Positions 1 through 12,593 of a stretch of 60,000 nt of DNA are shown here, one piece after another. Position 1 is the stretch's first letter, and the number at the start of each line of letters is the position of its first letter. Both the position numbers and the translations under genes were made by a program. The notes beneath the pieces are model-generated. The model was not told where the DNA came from, ran no database searches, and worked only from the letters and a program-made list of their open reading frames with translations. This DNA comes from Amphiscolops sp. MND2022 (taxonomy: Eukaryota). The stretch lies in assembly GCA_964187785.1 (NCBI GenBank), contig OZ076409.1, positions 83,826,001-83,886,000 of the forward strand, read 5' to 3'.

Positions 1-149
1 AATCATTCCATTGTTTTGTTTGAATTGAATTTGTTTTCCATTAAATTGTTTTCCATTGAATTTGTTTTCTCAGTCAAATATGTTACTAACTAACAGTCAT
101 TAAATTGTTATAGCCACTTACTTCTTTGCCAATTCTACAGGTCACGACA

Positions 150-293
150 AAACCAATCCCTAAACCCAATTATCATACTGGATTTGACCCAATTACTGAC
201 CCAATTATCGCATTTGTTACCAATCCCAATTACCAATTAGTATACCGGCAACCCAATTACAATTATTGGCTCACCAATTAATTGGTATCCCTG
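150..293. mobile_element. Probable right end of a non-autonomous hAT-like MITE
   Basis: Clustered short CCAATT(A) motifs ending in ...ATTGGTATCCCTG (reverse complement CAGGG..., a hAT-like terminus). Left end not identified. Confidence 0.35.
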
Positions 294-507
294 GTAACAA
301 CTACAGCGTGTCCATCAAAATGCTTCAAAATTGTTGCTGGTTGTCGAATTGATCGCTGGTATTCTGAAGGCTAGGAGCATCTGCAATTTAATTTCCCAAC
401 TTTCTTTCCCTCTAGTCGTCGCAAACTCAGAAACTCAACATTTTAATTAATCATTTCCTGCAAACCAAAAGAGTTGATTTTTTATGTTCTGAAGCATCGA
501 TTTACAC

Positions 508-851
508 GGGTGGCTGTAAATAGGTAGAGTTTTTCTGGTCGAAAGGACAGAGGTCGAACCTTTTGATCGAATTGCTGGGATCGAATGGAATGCGGTCGAA
601 TTTTATCGTATTTGTTGTATGGCTCGGTCGCTTCGCTCCCTTCTCCAAGTAGCAACATTGAGGCATGGCCATATGGCACGTCGCTCCGCTTCGCTCCTGC
701 ATTCAGGGCACTAGGGGTATGTGAACATATCTGACTACGTTATAAAAATTTCGATCCGAGTTGTTTCGATCCCATTCAAAAATTTGGTATGTCGACCTGA
801 GGACTAACTCTGATTTTCGATCCCGTTCCTTCGACCTGTTTCCGCCCACCC
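508..851. mobile_element. Degenerate foldback MITE
   Basis: Imperfect TIR: gggtggctgtaaataggtagag at left vs reverse complement of the right end gggtgggcggaaacaggtcgaa. Left arm has repeated G(G/A)TCGAA, right arm has the inverted TTCGA(T/C)C. Confidence 0.5.
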
Positions 852-1551
852 TTGTTGGGTTAGGAACAATTTGTCGAAAGACATTTTGCCGGAACCCAAT
901 CTGACCCAAGTTGTCCAAGTGAATCCTCGATTACAGGTTTTGCAAAAAAGTCTTATCCATCTGAGCTTCTTCGGAGCGCGATGCTCCTTTGACTGATCCC
1001 ATTCTAGTTCCTACCGTTTCGAACCGATTAGGGTTCCCGAAATGGCAAGAACAAGATATCGGTTGCCGCGTTTTTTCTGATCATTGACCACAGATTGTTT
1101 GTGTCTTACAACAACGTCCACCAGGTTTGCCTCAAGGATCGTTGTAGGATGAACTGCCCTGATTTCTCTCTTGATTGCAATGATGTTTTTTTCCTGTGCT
1201 GTTTTCAGTCACAGTAGTCAAAAGCAAGAATATGGGGTTTCGAACCTTCGGTGATCGTTATGGGTTACTGGTTCGTTAGTAGACCGAAACTCTATCTCCA
1301 TATCGATTTGAAACAATCTATTTATTAATTGTGGCTGGCATGAGTAGTAGCAGTACTTTGTCGTTTATGTTGTTTCCATTTGGTTGTAGACCACGGGTGT
1401 GTATGATCTTGTCCCACATGATCACATGCACGGCATTAAATTAGATCTGAGAGAGGAAGAGAAAACACTGTAGTCGGTGATTATCTTTTTTTCTCGTTTG
1501 ATATTGAAATCATCAGGAAAAACTTTCAATGTTAATTTTCCAGAATTGATC

Positions 1552-4500
1552 ATGACAAGTTTTCCTCGAGCGAGAACTATCAGGTTCAACGAAGTTCAAC
1601 CTGTTGGACCTGGTGTTGGGCATTATTCACTTCCTCAAACAAGTTTTCCACCTCGAGGAACAACCTTCGTCAGAGCTAAGCGTTGGAACGAATCCGTAGG
1701 ATCAATTCCCGGCACGAACGTAACTTGTTGCAAACATTGCGGTGTCCATTACAATACGCCCAGTTTGATGACTACCAGTACACCCTCTGCTGCAGCAAAG
1801 AAACCAAATGGTGGAGGGTCAATAACCGATTTGAGTATGATCTCCCATATTGCATCCAAGCCTTATGATAGTCTTGTAACCCCTGCGAAACAGAACTCGT
1901 GCAGAGGTTGTGCGACTTACGAAAAACAACTACAGGACGAAGTAACTGCACGGAGAATACTGGAAGATCGTGTGAGACTATTGATGCACGAGAATACGTC
2001 GATCAAAGTTGATATAGAGCAAAACCTCGAAGGTGTGATAGACAATATCGAAGGTCAACAGAAAAACATGGAATTCTTCACTGCAGAACTGATAAATTCT
2101 TTAGAAAAAGGAACAGTTAATAGTGAGTCTCTAAAAGAGCATCATTCAAAGAAGAGTCCTGTTCTGGGCGAAAGAGCATCTTCTTCAGACAGAAGATTGA
2201 CCTTTATCTCGAGCAGAAATGTTTCCCGTTCTAATGGTTCGAAAATAGGCAATTTAGACTCACTTCCCGCCAGTAGCAGTTCCGATGAGCTCTCCTCTGA
2301 TGGCCAGCAACTGAGCTCCCCGGAGAAACCAAATCTCAACCAAAATAACTATCAACCATCTACAGTGTCTCCAAAAGATGTAGCTGTTTCACAATCACAA
2401 TGTCCCTTTTGTGCTGTCTCCGAAAAAGAAGTTAATTTATTGCGAAATAAAATACATTCAATGGAGTCAAGTACGGTTCCATCAGCAGCATATGCAAAGC
2501 TGGAGAAAGAGTTTGCTGATATTCAGGAGTTTTTGAATTCTTTAGAGAAGGAACTGGAACCTCTTCATGAGAATAGTGCAAATGGCATGAACAGCAATGA
2601 CAGTCTCCGCGAGGAGATGAAGTGCAATTTGTCGCTGCTCCGTGAACAAGTACAGTCGACGGCCGATGAGATGTCACGTGCAAATGAAGAAGCGGAAAAT
2701 GCCAAGTTGTCAAAGTCCGACATGGAAATGAAGTTGAATAACTTGAAACAAAACTTCGAGAGCTGCAAAGCGCAAAATGCGTCACTAAAAGAAGATGTGC
2801 GTGACCTGATGAAAAAATGCTGTTTCTACCTCAGTGAAAAAATTGCTCTTCAAGACAACCTTCAAGAAGTTTTATCTGAAGCAACAGATTTGAATAGTTC
2901 GAACCTTGAGACTTTGAATCAAATGAATTCACTGAGAAGTGAATTGGATGATCTTGTTGAAAAATTTGAGACAGTGAAAGCAGAAAATGAGCTTCTGAAA
3001 GCTGAAAACGTGAGTATCCACAAAGTCAGCAGAGAGCAAGAAGTCGACTTTCATTCAGTGAGAGAGATGTTGGAGAAAATTATAGAATCAAAAGATGTGA
3101 AAATTTTTGAAATATCGAAGACTCATGATGAAAGTGTATCCAAATTAGTTTTGTTCAAGAATGCAGTTGAAGATTTACTTGAAAAACATCAAAAAATTAT
3201 GGAATCTTCCACTGCAAGAAATGAATTATTGACTAATCGGATGAATTCTTTTAATGTGAGATGCACTAGCCTCTGTAAAGTTGCTGCGACTTGTGAGCGT
3301 GAGTTGATCGACTGCAAGAAACTTCTCAGTAGTTATAGTGAAGCTTTCAATAAAGTTAGGCTTGTCCGAAATATCGGGGAAATTATAGATGTGGAAGTAT
3401 TGCAGCTTCTTGACGATAAACTTTCGAAGACGGAAGAGGAACTCGAACTTATTCAAGAGGCGAAATTCCAACTTGAAACAAAACTGGCTTCGAATGATGA
3501 AACATATAGGAAAGCCCTTGCTGACTATGAAGACAGAATCAATGAGATGCGAGATGAAATTGAGAAGTTGAAGTGTGAAGTCGATGACAAAACCAATGAC
3601 ATTGACAGCTTGACTGTAGAGTTGGAAGAAAGTGAAGTTCAGATGCAAAATCACAAACAAGAGTTGTTCATAAAGACTGATCAAATCGGGCGTCTTTCTG
3701 AACAAGTGGAAAGCCTGGAAGCGATGGTAGCAGACCTGGGCGAAAGCAAAGCGAGTCTCGTAAACCAGGTTACTACTACAGACAAAGCTCTACAGTCTCT
3801 GAAGCAGGAGAACAATGAGGTACTAAACCTGTACAACGAAATGAAGGCTGAAGCTCAAGACATGAATGAACAGTACCAGCAAGTTATATGTGAAAAAGAT
3901 GGGGTCTTAGAGACTGTGCGGGAATTGAGATGTGAAATTGAAGAGTCGAAAAGAGTAGTCAAAGATCTGAATAATGAAATTGATTCTAAATGCGAACAGT
4001 TGAAAAGCGCTGAAGAAGCAAAGGTAAAACTTCTTTCTAAAGTTTCCGATGTTACAGCTGAATATGAATCTGAGAAGGCAATCAATACATCCTTGGCCGA
4101 TAAAGCAGATGAAGCCTATTTAGAAATAGAAAAATTGGTTGAAAAAGTCAAAACGCTCGAACAATGGAAAGTTCAGATGTTAGCCCAAGAAAAGGATGCC
4201 GAAAACATCATGGAAGGAATGCGAGCTCAATTAAACGAAGCTAAGGAGAAAGTATCTGAAAAGGCTAATGAAATAGACGAATTGAAGATGGCTTTACATA
4301 ATATAAATGAAGAGATGAACCGACGAAAATCGATAGAAACAAGAGGCCTGGCTGACATGGAGATTTGGAAATCAAGAGTTCAAGAAACTGAGGACAGGTT
4401 CAACCAATCGATAATTCCGTTGCAGAATGAAAATCGTATTTTGTATGAAAAAATCGCGGAAATGCAGCACATTATCCGTGATCTGGAAGAATCCACAGAC

Positions 4501-5841
4501 TTCAAAGACTACAAAGAAGCGTTCGAGAAATTAGCCGAAGAACGAGTTGGTTTGCAGGACGAATTGGACGCAAAAAATGTCAAACTCGAATTGTATCGCA
4601 AGGAAATCACAGATCTGCAAGGAAAGCTTCTCAGTCGAGAGGTTCAGTTGAACGCTGCTTCCTCGGAGTGTCAGAAAAAATCATTGAAAGTTGAAGTTTT
4701 GCAGAAAAAATTGAACGAAGTTGAAAAAGAATGGGATGAAAAACACGAGGCCACCATTGAGAAGATGAATCAAATCATCTCCAATTTGACGGAAGAAAAG
4801 TCTGATGTTACTGATAGGTTGTATCATGTTGAAACAGAATTACAGAACACGCGACGTGAATTGGATGCAACAACTTCGAAAATGTTGTCAATTGAAAGTG
4901 AGAAGGAAGATGTTTCAGCTGCTCTGGAAGTGAAGAGGAGAACGAATGACGAAATTGTTAATAAAATCTATGAGTTGATTCGAGTCATCACGAAGCTGGA
5001 GTTGAAAGTGGGCATCGGTAGTTTGAGTGAAGAAGTCAAAGAATTGGAAATATCAAATATTTTGAACGAACTCGATTCTTCACGAGACAGACTCTCGCAA
5101 TTTGAGCAGTACATTTCCGAGCAGGAAACTCTTCTTGGCGACAAAGAGAACGAAATAATAACAGTCACTTCGAAATACAATGAATTAAAAATGCAACTGA
5201 GTGTTATTCAGGAAAACGACGATGAAAACTTCCAAATAAATGAAGATTTTCACCGATGGCAGAAACAGTATGACCAGTTATACGCCGAGAACCAGAAACT
5301 TCAGGATGAGTATGAAAAACTGAAGAAAACAGTGGAACCGTTCAAAGACGTGTTGAGTTGTTATGATGCTGAAAAGAGATTGTTACTTGAGAAAAGTCAC
5401 AGCACGGAGCAGCAGTACGAGCAGTTAGCAAACAGGTATGCCGATCTTTTAGGTCACCAGAATCATAGGCAGAAGATCAAGCATATCAATAAGTTGAAAT
5501 GTGACAACTTCAGACTGCAGAAGGAGAACGAAGGTCTGAGAGCAGATTTAAAGATGTGGGCGAATGACGTCAAAAATCTGACTAGAGAGAACAGCGATGT
5601 ATCCAAATCGGGTGTTTCCAGAGTGTTGAAAACTTCTGCTACCCAAAATGTTTTCTCGTCGTCCAGTCAGCAATTGTCTTTTGAGCCAAGTGCAAGCCGA
5701 TTAGCCGATATTGTGTCCGATTTATCTTCCAGTGCAATCAGCAATTTGTCGCATCATTATAAAATGACGTCATCAAATGCTAATTTGGCGCAAAACAGTT
5801 TTTGTTCGAAAGAAAACTCAGGGTCGAGCAATTTGTCTTAG
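1552..5841 (+). CDS. HMMR: Hyaluronan-mediated motility receptor (HMMR/RHAMM)-like spindle-associated coiled-coil protein, ~1429 aa, single coding exon
   Basis: N-terminus MTSFPRARTIRFNEVQPVGPGVGHY resembles the HMMR start (MSFPKAPLKRFN..APxPGxY). Long heptad coiled coil. C-terminal YADLLGHQNHRQKIKHINKLK is the HMMR basic leucine-zipper motif, followed by a KEN motif near the end. ATG 1552 follows a TTTTCCAG acceptor (possible 5'UTR intron 1477-1543). Confidence 0.85.
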   Translation: MTSFPRARTIRFNEVQPVGPGVGHYSLPQTSFPPRGTTFVRAKRWNESVGSIPGTNVTCCKHCGVHYNTPSLMTTSTPSAAAKKPNGGGSITDLSMISHIASKPYDSLVTPAKQNSCRGCATYEKQLQDEVTARRILEDRVRLLMHENTSIKVDIEQNLEGVIDNIEGQQKNMEFFTAELINSLEKGTVNSESLKEHHSKKSPVLGERASSSDRRLTFISSRNVSRSNGSKIGNLDSLPASSSSDELSSDGQQLSSPEKPNLNQNNYQPSTVSPKDVAVSQSQCPFCAVSEKEVNLLRNKIHSMESSTVPSAAYAKLEKEFADIQEFLNSLEKELEPLHENSANGMNSNDSLREEMKCNLSLLREQVQSTADEMSRANEEAENAKLSKSDMEMKLNNLKQNFESCKAQNASLKEDVRDLMKKCCFYLSEKIALQDNLQEVLSEATDLNSSNLETLNQMNSLRSELDDLVEKFETVKAENELLKAENVSIHKVSREQEVDFHSVREMLEKIIESKDVKIFEISKTHDESVSKLVLFKNAVEDLLEKHQKIMESSTARNELLTNRMNSFNVRCTSLCKVAATCERELIDCKKLLSSYSEAFNKVRLVRNIGEIIDVEVLQLLDDKLSKTEEELELIQEAKFQLETKLASNDETYRKALADYEDRINEMRDEIEKLKCEVDDKTNDIDSLTVELEESEVQMQNHKQELFIKTDQIGRLSEQVESLEAMVADLGESKASLVNQVTTTDKALQSLKQENNEVLNLYNEMKAEAQDMNEQYQQVICEKDGVLETVRELRCEIEESKRVVKDLNNEIDSKCEQLKSAEEAKVKLLSKVSDVTAEYESEKAINTSLADKADEAYLEIEKLVEKVKTLEQWKVQMLAQEKDAENIMEGMRAQLNEAKEKVSEKANEIDELKMALHNINEEMNRRKSIETRGLADMEIWKSRVQETEDRFNQSIIPLQNENRILYEKIAEMQHIIRDLEESTDFKDYKEAFEKLAEERVGLQDELDAKNVKLELYRKEITDLQGKLLSREVQLNAASSECQKKSLKVEVLQKKLNEVEKEWDEKHEATIEKMNQIISNLTEEKSDVTDRLYHVETELQNTRRELDATTSKMLSIESEKEDVSAALEVKRRTNDEIVNKIYELIRVITKLELKVGIGSLSEEVKELEISNILNELDSSRDRLSQFEQYISEQETLLGDKENEIITVTSKYNELKMQLSVIQENDDENFQINEDFHRWQKQYDQLYAENQKLQDEYEKLKKTVEPFKDVLSCYDAEKRLLLEKSHSTEQQYEQLANRYADLLGHQNHRQKIKHINKLKCDNFRLQKENEGLRADLKMWANDVKNLTRENSDVSKSGVSRVLKTSATQNVFSSSSQQLSFEPSASRLADIVSDLSSSAISNLSHHYKMTSSNANLAQNSFCSKENSGSSNLS

Positions 5842-7617
5842 TTACGTTTTGTTTTCAAGCGTTCAGTCGAACTGTGAACTAATTTGTGAATTTTGTTGAA
5901 ATTGCGTGTTTTAAATCTATTGACTGCATGTATGTGAATTGAAGACGTTCGCGATTGAAGAAAACCAAATTAAAATTTGGTAGCTAATAATTCATTGCCT
6001 TCGATAACCTTTCATGATGAATGACTACATCTGACATTTTTGCATCTGAACACCTTGTGTATTCGATAAGAGCCGCTGATCATTTTTCTTGGTCGCTTGG
6101 AAAACGTGGTTTTTGTTTGGGGTTGTTGAACTCTTTCTCAAGTTCCAAACTTCAGTTACAATGAATTCATCCAAAGAAAGTTTTCAAATGCTTCAGATGT
6201 CAAGCTGATTTTGAGCAGTATTTTGCTATTGAAGTCCTATTGATGAGTGAATACTCGCTCTTCAAAATTGAAGTGTCTATTACTATTGATCAAAATTCAT
6301 TCGAGGTTGGCTGAAGTGGGGTGACAGAGAAGAGCCAAGATGTCGAACGTCTTCAGTTCAGTTTTTTGTGTTATTGGTTTGTAAACTTTCCATTTTTTTG
6401 TGCAATTCTTTGTGCACGTCAATCTTTGTTATGAAAATTGTGAGTGACCTTTGACCTTTTTGTGAGTGATAATTAGATTGAAGATGTTAATTGATTTTTA
6501 ACCGTGGAGCTTCCCATCAATATTAGAAAACATCGCTCTCGTCATGAATTAGATGCCGGATACCAGGCGGACCGGACAATATCCTCAACTATAAGTGATG
6601 AAAGTCTGTAATCAGAAATGTCCTATGTATAGGATGAAAAGCAATGTAAGCACTTGATCCAAAATAGTGAAAAATATTATTCATTTTTTTTATCAAACTC
6701 CTGATATGTTGAATGAATCAATCAAAACGGTTACATCTTTTTGCTCTTTGTTCCTTCAGTGTGATTTTTTATTGTCGATTTCCGTCATAAATTTTCATTT
6801 TGGCCGTGTTTTATTCAGTTTTTATCTGAGGTATGAGATCATTTCCTAAGATATTTGTCCGACCGGATTCCATATAAACGCTATTCTATTGAGACCCCTT
6901 CTTGTATTGTCCCAACTTCAACAACCCCCCTACAATTATGACTCCCTGGCACATAGGGACACTAGAGTAAGCTAAATGAAGTAGACAAAGCGAGACCCTT
7001 CGGATTCGTAACAGTTCGATAACGAAAGCACTAATGAGAAAGCACCTCTTAGTCATGTCGGAGAAAAAAGTAGGGCATAGAAATTTGAGGTAAGGTTGCA
7101 TTTAGTTTTTGCATTATCTTTCAAAATTAACTTCATTTCCAAGACTTCCAATTTTGGTTAAACTGATGAAACGTGATTTGTGCAAAACTCAGGCGGAGAC
7201 AAAAAATTATTTGTGGACACGGCTTGTAGTCAGCTTGATATTAATTTTTTTCGACTCCAGTGGACATTGAACGGCGTTATTTGGGCTCAGCGAATTGCGA
7301 TTGTTCCATTTTTTAAGTTTCTCCGCTTGGTGCTTTGGTTTTCCACCGTTGCAAAGTAATTAATATTTGTGCGAGCTGAAATGTTCCAGAAATTTCCACA
7401 TCCACGCATGTTTTTTCCACACCTCTATCGTCCTGGAGTTTTGTCTCCAATTCTGGAAGCAGTGAGGTAGCGCTACTCGAAGTCTTTAGCTAGTTTAATA
7501 TTTTCCGCCCGTATTCCATATGGGAAAGAAAAATGTGTAAATCAAACGATTTTACAAAATATGCCGTGTTTAGAATTTAGAATTTTTATTTTTGGCGTGT
7601 TTATACACTTTGTCAAC

Positions 7618-7749
7618 TTGACTCATTTACGTGGTAGATAGCTCTAAGTGCTCGAAAAGTGGATTCTAGTCAAACATTGACTAGTTTACGTGGTAGATAG
7701 CTCTAAGTACTCGAAAAGTGAATTCTAGTCAAACATTGACTAATTTACG
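7618..7749. repeat. 59-bp tandem duplication (~2.2 copies) with a hairpin at the unit junction
   Basis: ttgact(c/a)(a/g)tttacgtggtagatagctctaagt(g/a)ctcgaaaagtg(g/a)attctagtcaaaca at 7618 and 7677, partial at 7736. The junction reads CTAGTCAA-aca-TTGACTAG. Confidence 0.85.
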
Positions 7750-9263
7750 CTTTATACACGTTACGGAATTGAGCTAATTGTAGGTTGAAATTCTTGACTG
7801 GTTTCCACTTTTCTCTAATTACGCTCAATGACCAAAATCCGCAATTTCTGATTACACTGTGCATCAAAATTCACGATGAACACATTGCACTGTTTGACTA
7901 GAATACGGTTCGTTCTCAATTTACGGAAAATACACTTTACACTTGATGATAAAATCCACTTTTGCGGCATATGTATCGTAATGAAATTTTCGACAGACTT
8001 GGTGACGTAGAATGCTGAAAAGATTTAACAAGGAAGGAATTCGTCGTCCAGAAGTCTTTTTGAAGAAATGAATGCAGTTTTTACAATCGAAAAATGCCTC
8101 AAATTGAGACTGAAATTGATAAATTCTAAAAACTTCCGATTTTTTACGTTCTTATGCAATTTTCGATAGACTCGGTGATGTAAAAACAGAGACGAATTCG
8201 TTGTCCAGCAGGCTTTTCTCAAGAAATAAACATAGAAAAAAGGTCAAATAGACACAAAAAATCCAAAATGTCCTGTTTTTTCTGTCGTTTTTCAAACAAT
8301 TAATGTTCAATTTCTGAGGGTTTTGATGGGTTAGAGGGTTTCAAAACGTTCAAGAAAGAAAAGTAGCTGTACAGTACGACTTTCTCTGTAAAAATGTAGT
8401 GTTTTCCTTCAAAAACACTTCAAAGTGACTCCAAAAGAGACGAAAAATTGAATTTGGTTTTTACGTCGTTTTTTGACGTAGTTTTTGTGAACGTTTTGAA
8501 TTTTCCGTAAATAGAATGTTGAAGACGTTCAAATGTAAATATTGTTTCTCAAGTAGATTTTTGACGAACTTCCTCGAATTTGAGAACAATGCAGTCAGAA
8601 TTTTTTAAATCGACGACATACTCTCAATTTAAGACATTTTCCGAATGTTTTTAAAATTAGAAATTACATAAGATTAGGGTTGAAACATGTGGCTACCTGT
8701 ACCGGTACAACCGCAAAAAGCGAAACTGCAAAATTCAAAGAATATTTCCCTGATCTCGTACAATTTTTTCGACAAGTTTCGTTTATTATTCATTAGGCTC
8801 CAAACGAAATAACTACTTCAGCAGTACGCCTTTCAAAAGATAACTTCGGTTTCCGAGGGAGAAAAAACGCAGAAATTCCCCTAACAATCCAAAAGTGTTT
8901 GACGTTTTGATGTAATTTTTTGAGTGACTATTTTCTGTAAAATTTGCGAGCCATTTCGTGTGTTAGAGTGATTTAATTGTTCACCATCGACTGAGTCTGG
9001 TATCCACTAGGCATTTTGGAAAAGACATCTCCAGTTTCTTCATTATTGAAGAGCGCATCAAAATGACCCAAAGGATTGGAAAACATTGTTTCATTTTTTG
9101 AAATTTTTATGACTATAAACATATAAAATTTGGTAGGTTGGGTACTGGTATTCACTAAGTTCAACAACAAAGCAATTCGATACTAAGAGTAGTCTTGAAT
9201 GAGGTGTTTCCTTTGAAAATCGGATAAGTGTCAAATTTTTCATTCCTTTGAGCTTCTATGCGT

Positions 9264-10040
9264 TTTTAGTCGGCGCATTTTAGAAGAAAATGAGCCCGAC
9301 TATTACAGTGGCTAGTTTTTTTTCGTCAGATAACAGAATGTATGCGTAGTTGACACTTTTTACAGAACAGAACTACTAAACTAAAGTACTGGATCGGCAA
9401 ACGGGGAGCGTATTTAAGATAGTGCAAAGGGTCCCCCTTTCAGTTACTCCATTTTTATCGTAAGATACAAAACCTGACGAGACAATAGGGTCCCCCCTTT
9501 GAGTTTTTTTCGGCACTGTGCGACTTTTTTTCGAAATTTTTTTTGTCTCCAAAGGGTCCCCCTTCAATTTTTTGCTGTTTTGCGACAAAATGGATGTTGG
9601 AAAATTCCAAAGGGTCCCCCCTTTCAGTTTTTTTCGGCACTGTGAGATTTTTGTTCGAAAGTTATTTTCTCTCCAAAGGGTCCCCCTTCAATTTTTTTGA
9701 TATTTTACAACACATTGGGTGTTTAAAAATCCCAAAGGGTCCCCCCTTTCAGTTTTTCGGCATTGTGAGACTTTTTTTCGAAAATTTGTTTTTTTTTCCA
9801 AAGGGTTCCTCCTTCAACTGCAACAAAAATGTTGACAATTTCGGAAGTGTCCCTCTTTTAGCGCGCCAGGGGCTCGCGCTAGCGGGCCCCGGCGCGCCAC
9901 TCAGTCCATTTTTTTGGTTTTTCGAAAAAAAAATTCGATAAAATTTCGAAAAAAAAAATTTTAAGTTTTTTTTCAAAAAAAGTCTTTTGCGCTTTTTGAG
10001 CCTTAGATATGGCGCCGACTTTAGACGTTCTCGTCTTGTT
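9264..10040 (+). mobile_element. Non-autonomous Helentron-associated (HINE/DINE-1-like) element, copy 1
   Basis: Starts in a T-run with AGTCGGCGC...CCCGACT. Internal AAAGGGTCCCCC repeats. Subterminal inverted copy GCGCCGACT, 3' stem-loop AGACG-ttct-CGTCT, ends CTTGTT. Same ends as the copies at 10.9, 13.7 and 58.2 kb. Confidence 0.7.
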
Positions 10041-10311
10041 TATAGTGTATTGGTTACTTTTGAGCCTCAAAATCATGTAGTAGAACAGTTTGGGGCAGAT
10101 ATTCCGCTGGTCAGCGGGCGTTTTTAATTCTCATAGCTGCGAGGCAACGCTTTTATTGAAATAAAGCAGCCAAGTTTTAAATGTATACACTGCGGATTTG
10201 AACAAGGAAATCCAGTTGAAGTGCACTAAGATTGCAACCTGTCACCTTGATCAGCGTTCTGTCATCCCTGGAACTTAATAAACCGTTTTTGGCGCATTCA
10301 ATTCTATTCAA

Positions 10312-10545
10312 TCAGGTCGGCGCTCCGCTTAAGGCTCAAACGCAGAGTTTTTAAAATATGCTCAGGGCTTTTTCCAGGAAAGTCCTTTAAGTATGAGAAA
10401 TACTCAATGAGCGTTTTGGGCTGGGAAAATGTTTTTCTCTAATTGAAAAACATTTTTTTAAAAGCAAGTGCCGGAAATTTTTTTACGAAGTTGCACATTG
10501 CCGAAAAACCTTGAGGGTTTCGTTACAAAAAGCGCCGACTGAAAA
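10312..10545 (-). mobile_element. Short degenerate HINE-like copy (reverse orientation)
   Basis: GTCGGCGC..ttAAGGCTCAAAcGCA at left and AGCGCCGACTGAAAA at right match the reverse complement of the family ends. A further 3'-end fragment starts at ~10702 (AACAAGCCGGTAACGGCTCAAGTCGGCGCC). Confidence 0.5.
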
Positions 10546-10896
10546 TGGGGTTAACATCAAAGTTCGCCAATAGCGAAAGCTGCAGAAAAGTACGTCAATT
10601 AACGAATGCTGTCATAGATATCGAGTATAATGAAAATCAGGTATATTTTCAATGTTTATAATTCTTCGTGAAAAACAATTTCTTTTCGTAGTTACAATAT
10701 GAACAAGCCGGTAACGGCTCAAGTCGGCGCCCCGCTCAAGGTTCACAAAATTTCAAACAAAATTTTATTATTTGTTCAAAATCATTGTTATAAACTTTGA
10801 CTATATTATTCACTTAAACTTGTAGGAACTCCAACTTTTTCCCGAATATAGGTCTGAATATCTCATTCTTAAATTTTACCAGGAAATGCTGTTTGT

Positions 10897-11385
10897 TTTT
10901 AGTCGGCGCTTTTCTAGTGAAAAGTGCCCGACTATTATAGTGGCTAGTTTTTTTTCGTGAGACTACAATCTCACTCTGATTGGGCCACTTTTCTTACAAT
11001 AGAAACTACTAAAGCTATAAGGCCGAGTCCGGTCAGTGGAAATTACTGCAAAAGGGTCCCTCTTTTCATTTTTTACTATTTTAACGTAACCTACAAAACC
11101 GGAAGAGACTGAAGGGTCCCCCCTTTCGATTTTTTTTTCGGCATGGTGCGACTTTTTTCGAAATTTTTTTAATGTCTCAAAAGAGTCCCCCTTTCGAGTT
11201 TTTTGATATTTTGCAACAGAATATATGTTAATAAAGCCCAAAGGGTCCCCCTTTTACATTTTTTGGCACTATGTGACATTTTCCGAAAGAAAAAATTCAA
11301 AAATTTCAGGTTTTTTTCAGAAAAAAATGTTTTGCGCTTTTTGAGCCTTAGATATAGCGCCGACTTTAGATGTTCCCGTCTTGTT
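10897..11385 (+). mobile_element. HINE/DINE-1-like element, copy 2
   Basis: TTTTAGTCGGCGC...GCCCGACTATTATAGTGGCTAG start, AAGGGTCCCC internal repeats, end TTTGAGCCTTAGATATAGCGCCGACTTTAGATGTTCCCGTCTTGTT. Confidence 0.7.
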
Positions 11386-12593
11386 TTTTGCTAATCAGTG
11401 ACATCAGCGTGCTTCTTCATTTCAAAATTTTGTCCTTTAACTACAATACTGTGATCAAGAAAACGTCCACCGGGCGATTTTAGGCTCGATTTTCTTGAAA
11501 TCGGTTGAAAATTTTGAACATCAAAAATGAAATTTTCCTAGAATTTCATCTAGTTTACATTATTTTTTGAAAATTTCTTAGACAAAGATTGGGAAACTTA
11601 CCAATAGCTGATTTTGAGCAAAATCTGGACTTTGTGTCGTTACTCCAATTTTTGACAGCTTTTTTGACAAAAATGATCAACTGTTTTCGAAATATCATAT
11701 TCGAAAGGTAAAATTTCGTCGATTTACATGTATCAAGATAGGAAAATAACGTTTCGCGGTGAAAAAGTGCGATTATTTGTTTTCTTTTAGAAACAAAAAT
11801 ATCACTGAATTCTAGAGAATCTGCAGAATCCGATGATTTTAAAATTTTTAGAAAAATATCAGCAACCTGACCAAAACTGGAAAAATAGCAGAAGTGTTCT
11901 TTCTGTATCTGAGATTTTAAGTGATGCGCCAATCAAAATTGGAAGATAGAACAAATAAGCAATTTTAATTGGTTGATAACGACGCTCAGCTGTACTTCGA
12001 CTTGCAGTTGGTTTCAGCTTCTATCTGGCGCATTCATCGTGAGACTCGTGTCTTAAAAATCTGCGCGGCATGGCTTTAAGTTGGAATCAAATCATGGCGC
12101 TCTTATTGTAAAACTATCATCGATGCAGGGTTGTCAAAAAAAACGTTTTTTATCTAAAAAACAATTATACATGTTTTTTATCGAAAACAAAAAGTTTTTT
12201 GTATTTTATGTTGTTATTTTTCAGCGACACATAGAACATAAGCATCACAAAATGAAGCAATACATTCGACCTGAGTTCAGTTGCCGGTAGAGGAAGGCCA
12301 TTTTGCCGGCTTTTTGGGCGTCCAAATTGTTTCGAAGCTTGCCATAATGCATGCCAACGGTGGAGAATTGACGTTCCAGACCAGCTGAAGATGTTATGGA
12401 TTCCACTAGCGCGCTGGAAAAATCGGCAAAGTTTTTATCAAAACCGAGTTTTGAGCCAGACTTCCAAGTTGCGGGCGACAACTTTTTATAGGTCTCGTCA
12501 AATAGACTTTCCTTGAAAGGTTCATGCCGATCTATAAATGTGGATACATGCGGCAGATAACTTTTGTCGATCTCCCCTATATAAGTCACATTA

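Noticed and set aside
1477..5841. SMC/myosin/kinesin assignment, the GTG start at 1477, and antisense ORFs
   Set aside because: No motor or Walker motifs. Termini match HMMR, with homology starting at ATG 1552. The antisense ORFs are shadows.
9376..11394. KGPP/KGSP-rich ORFs
   Set aside because: Translations of the HINE internal AAAGGGTCCCC repeats.
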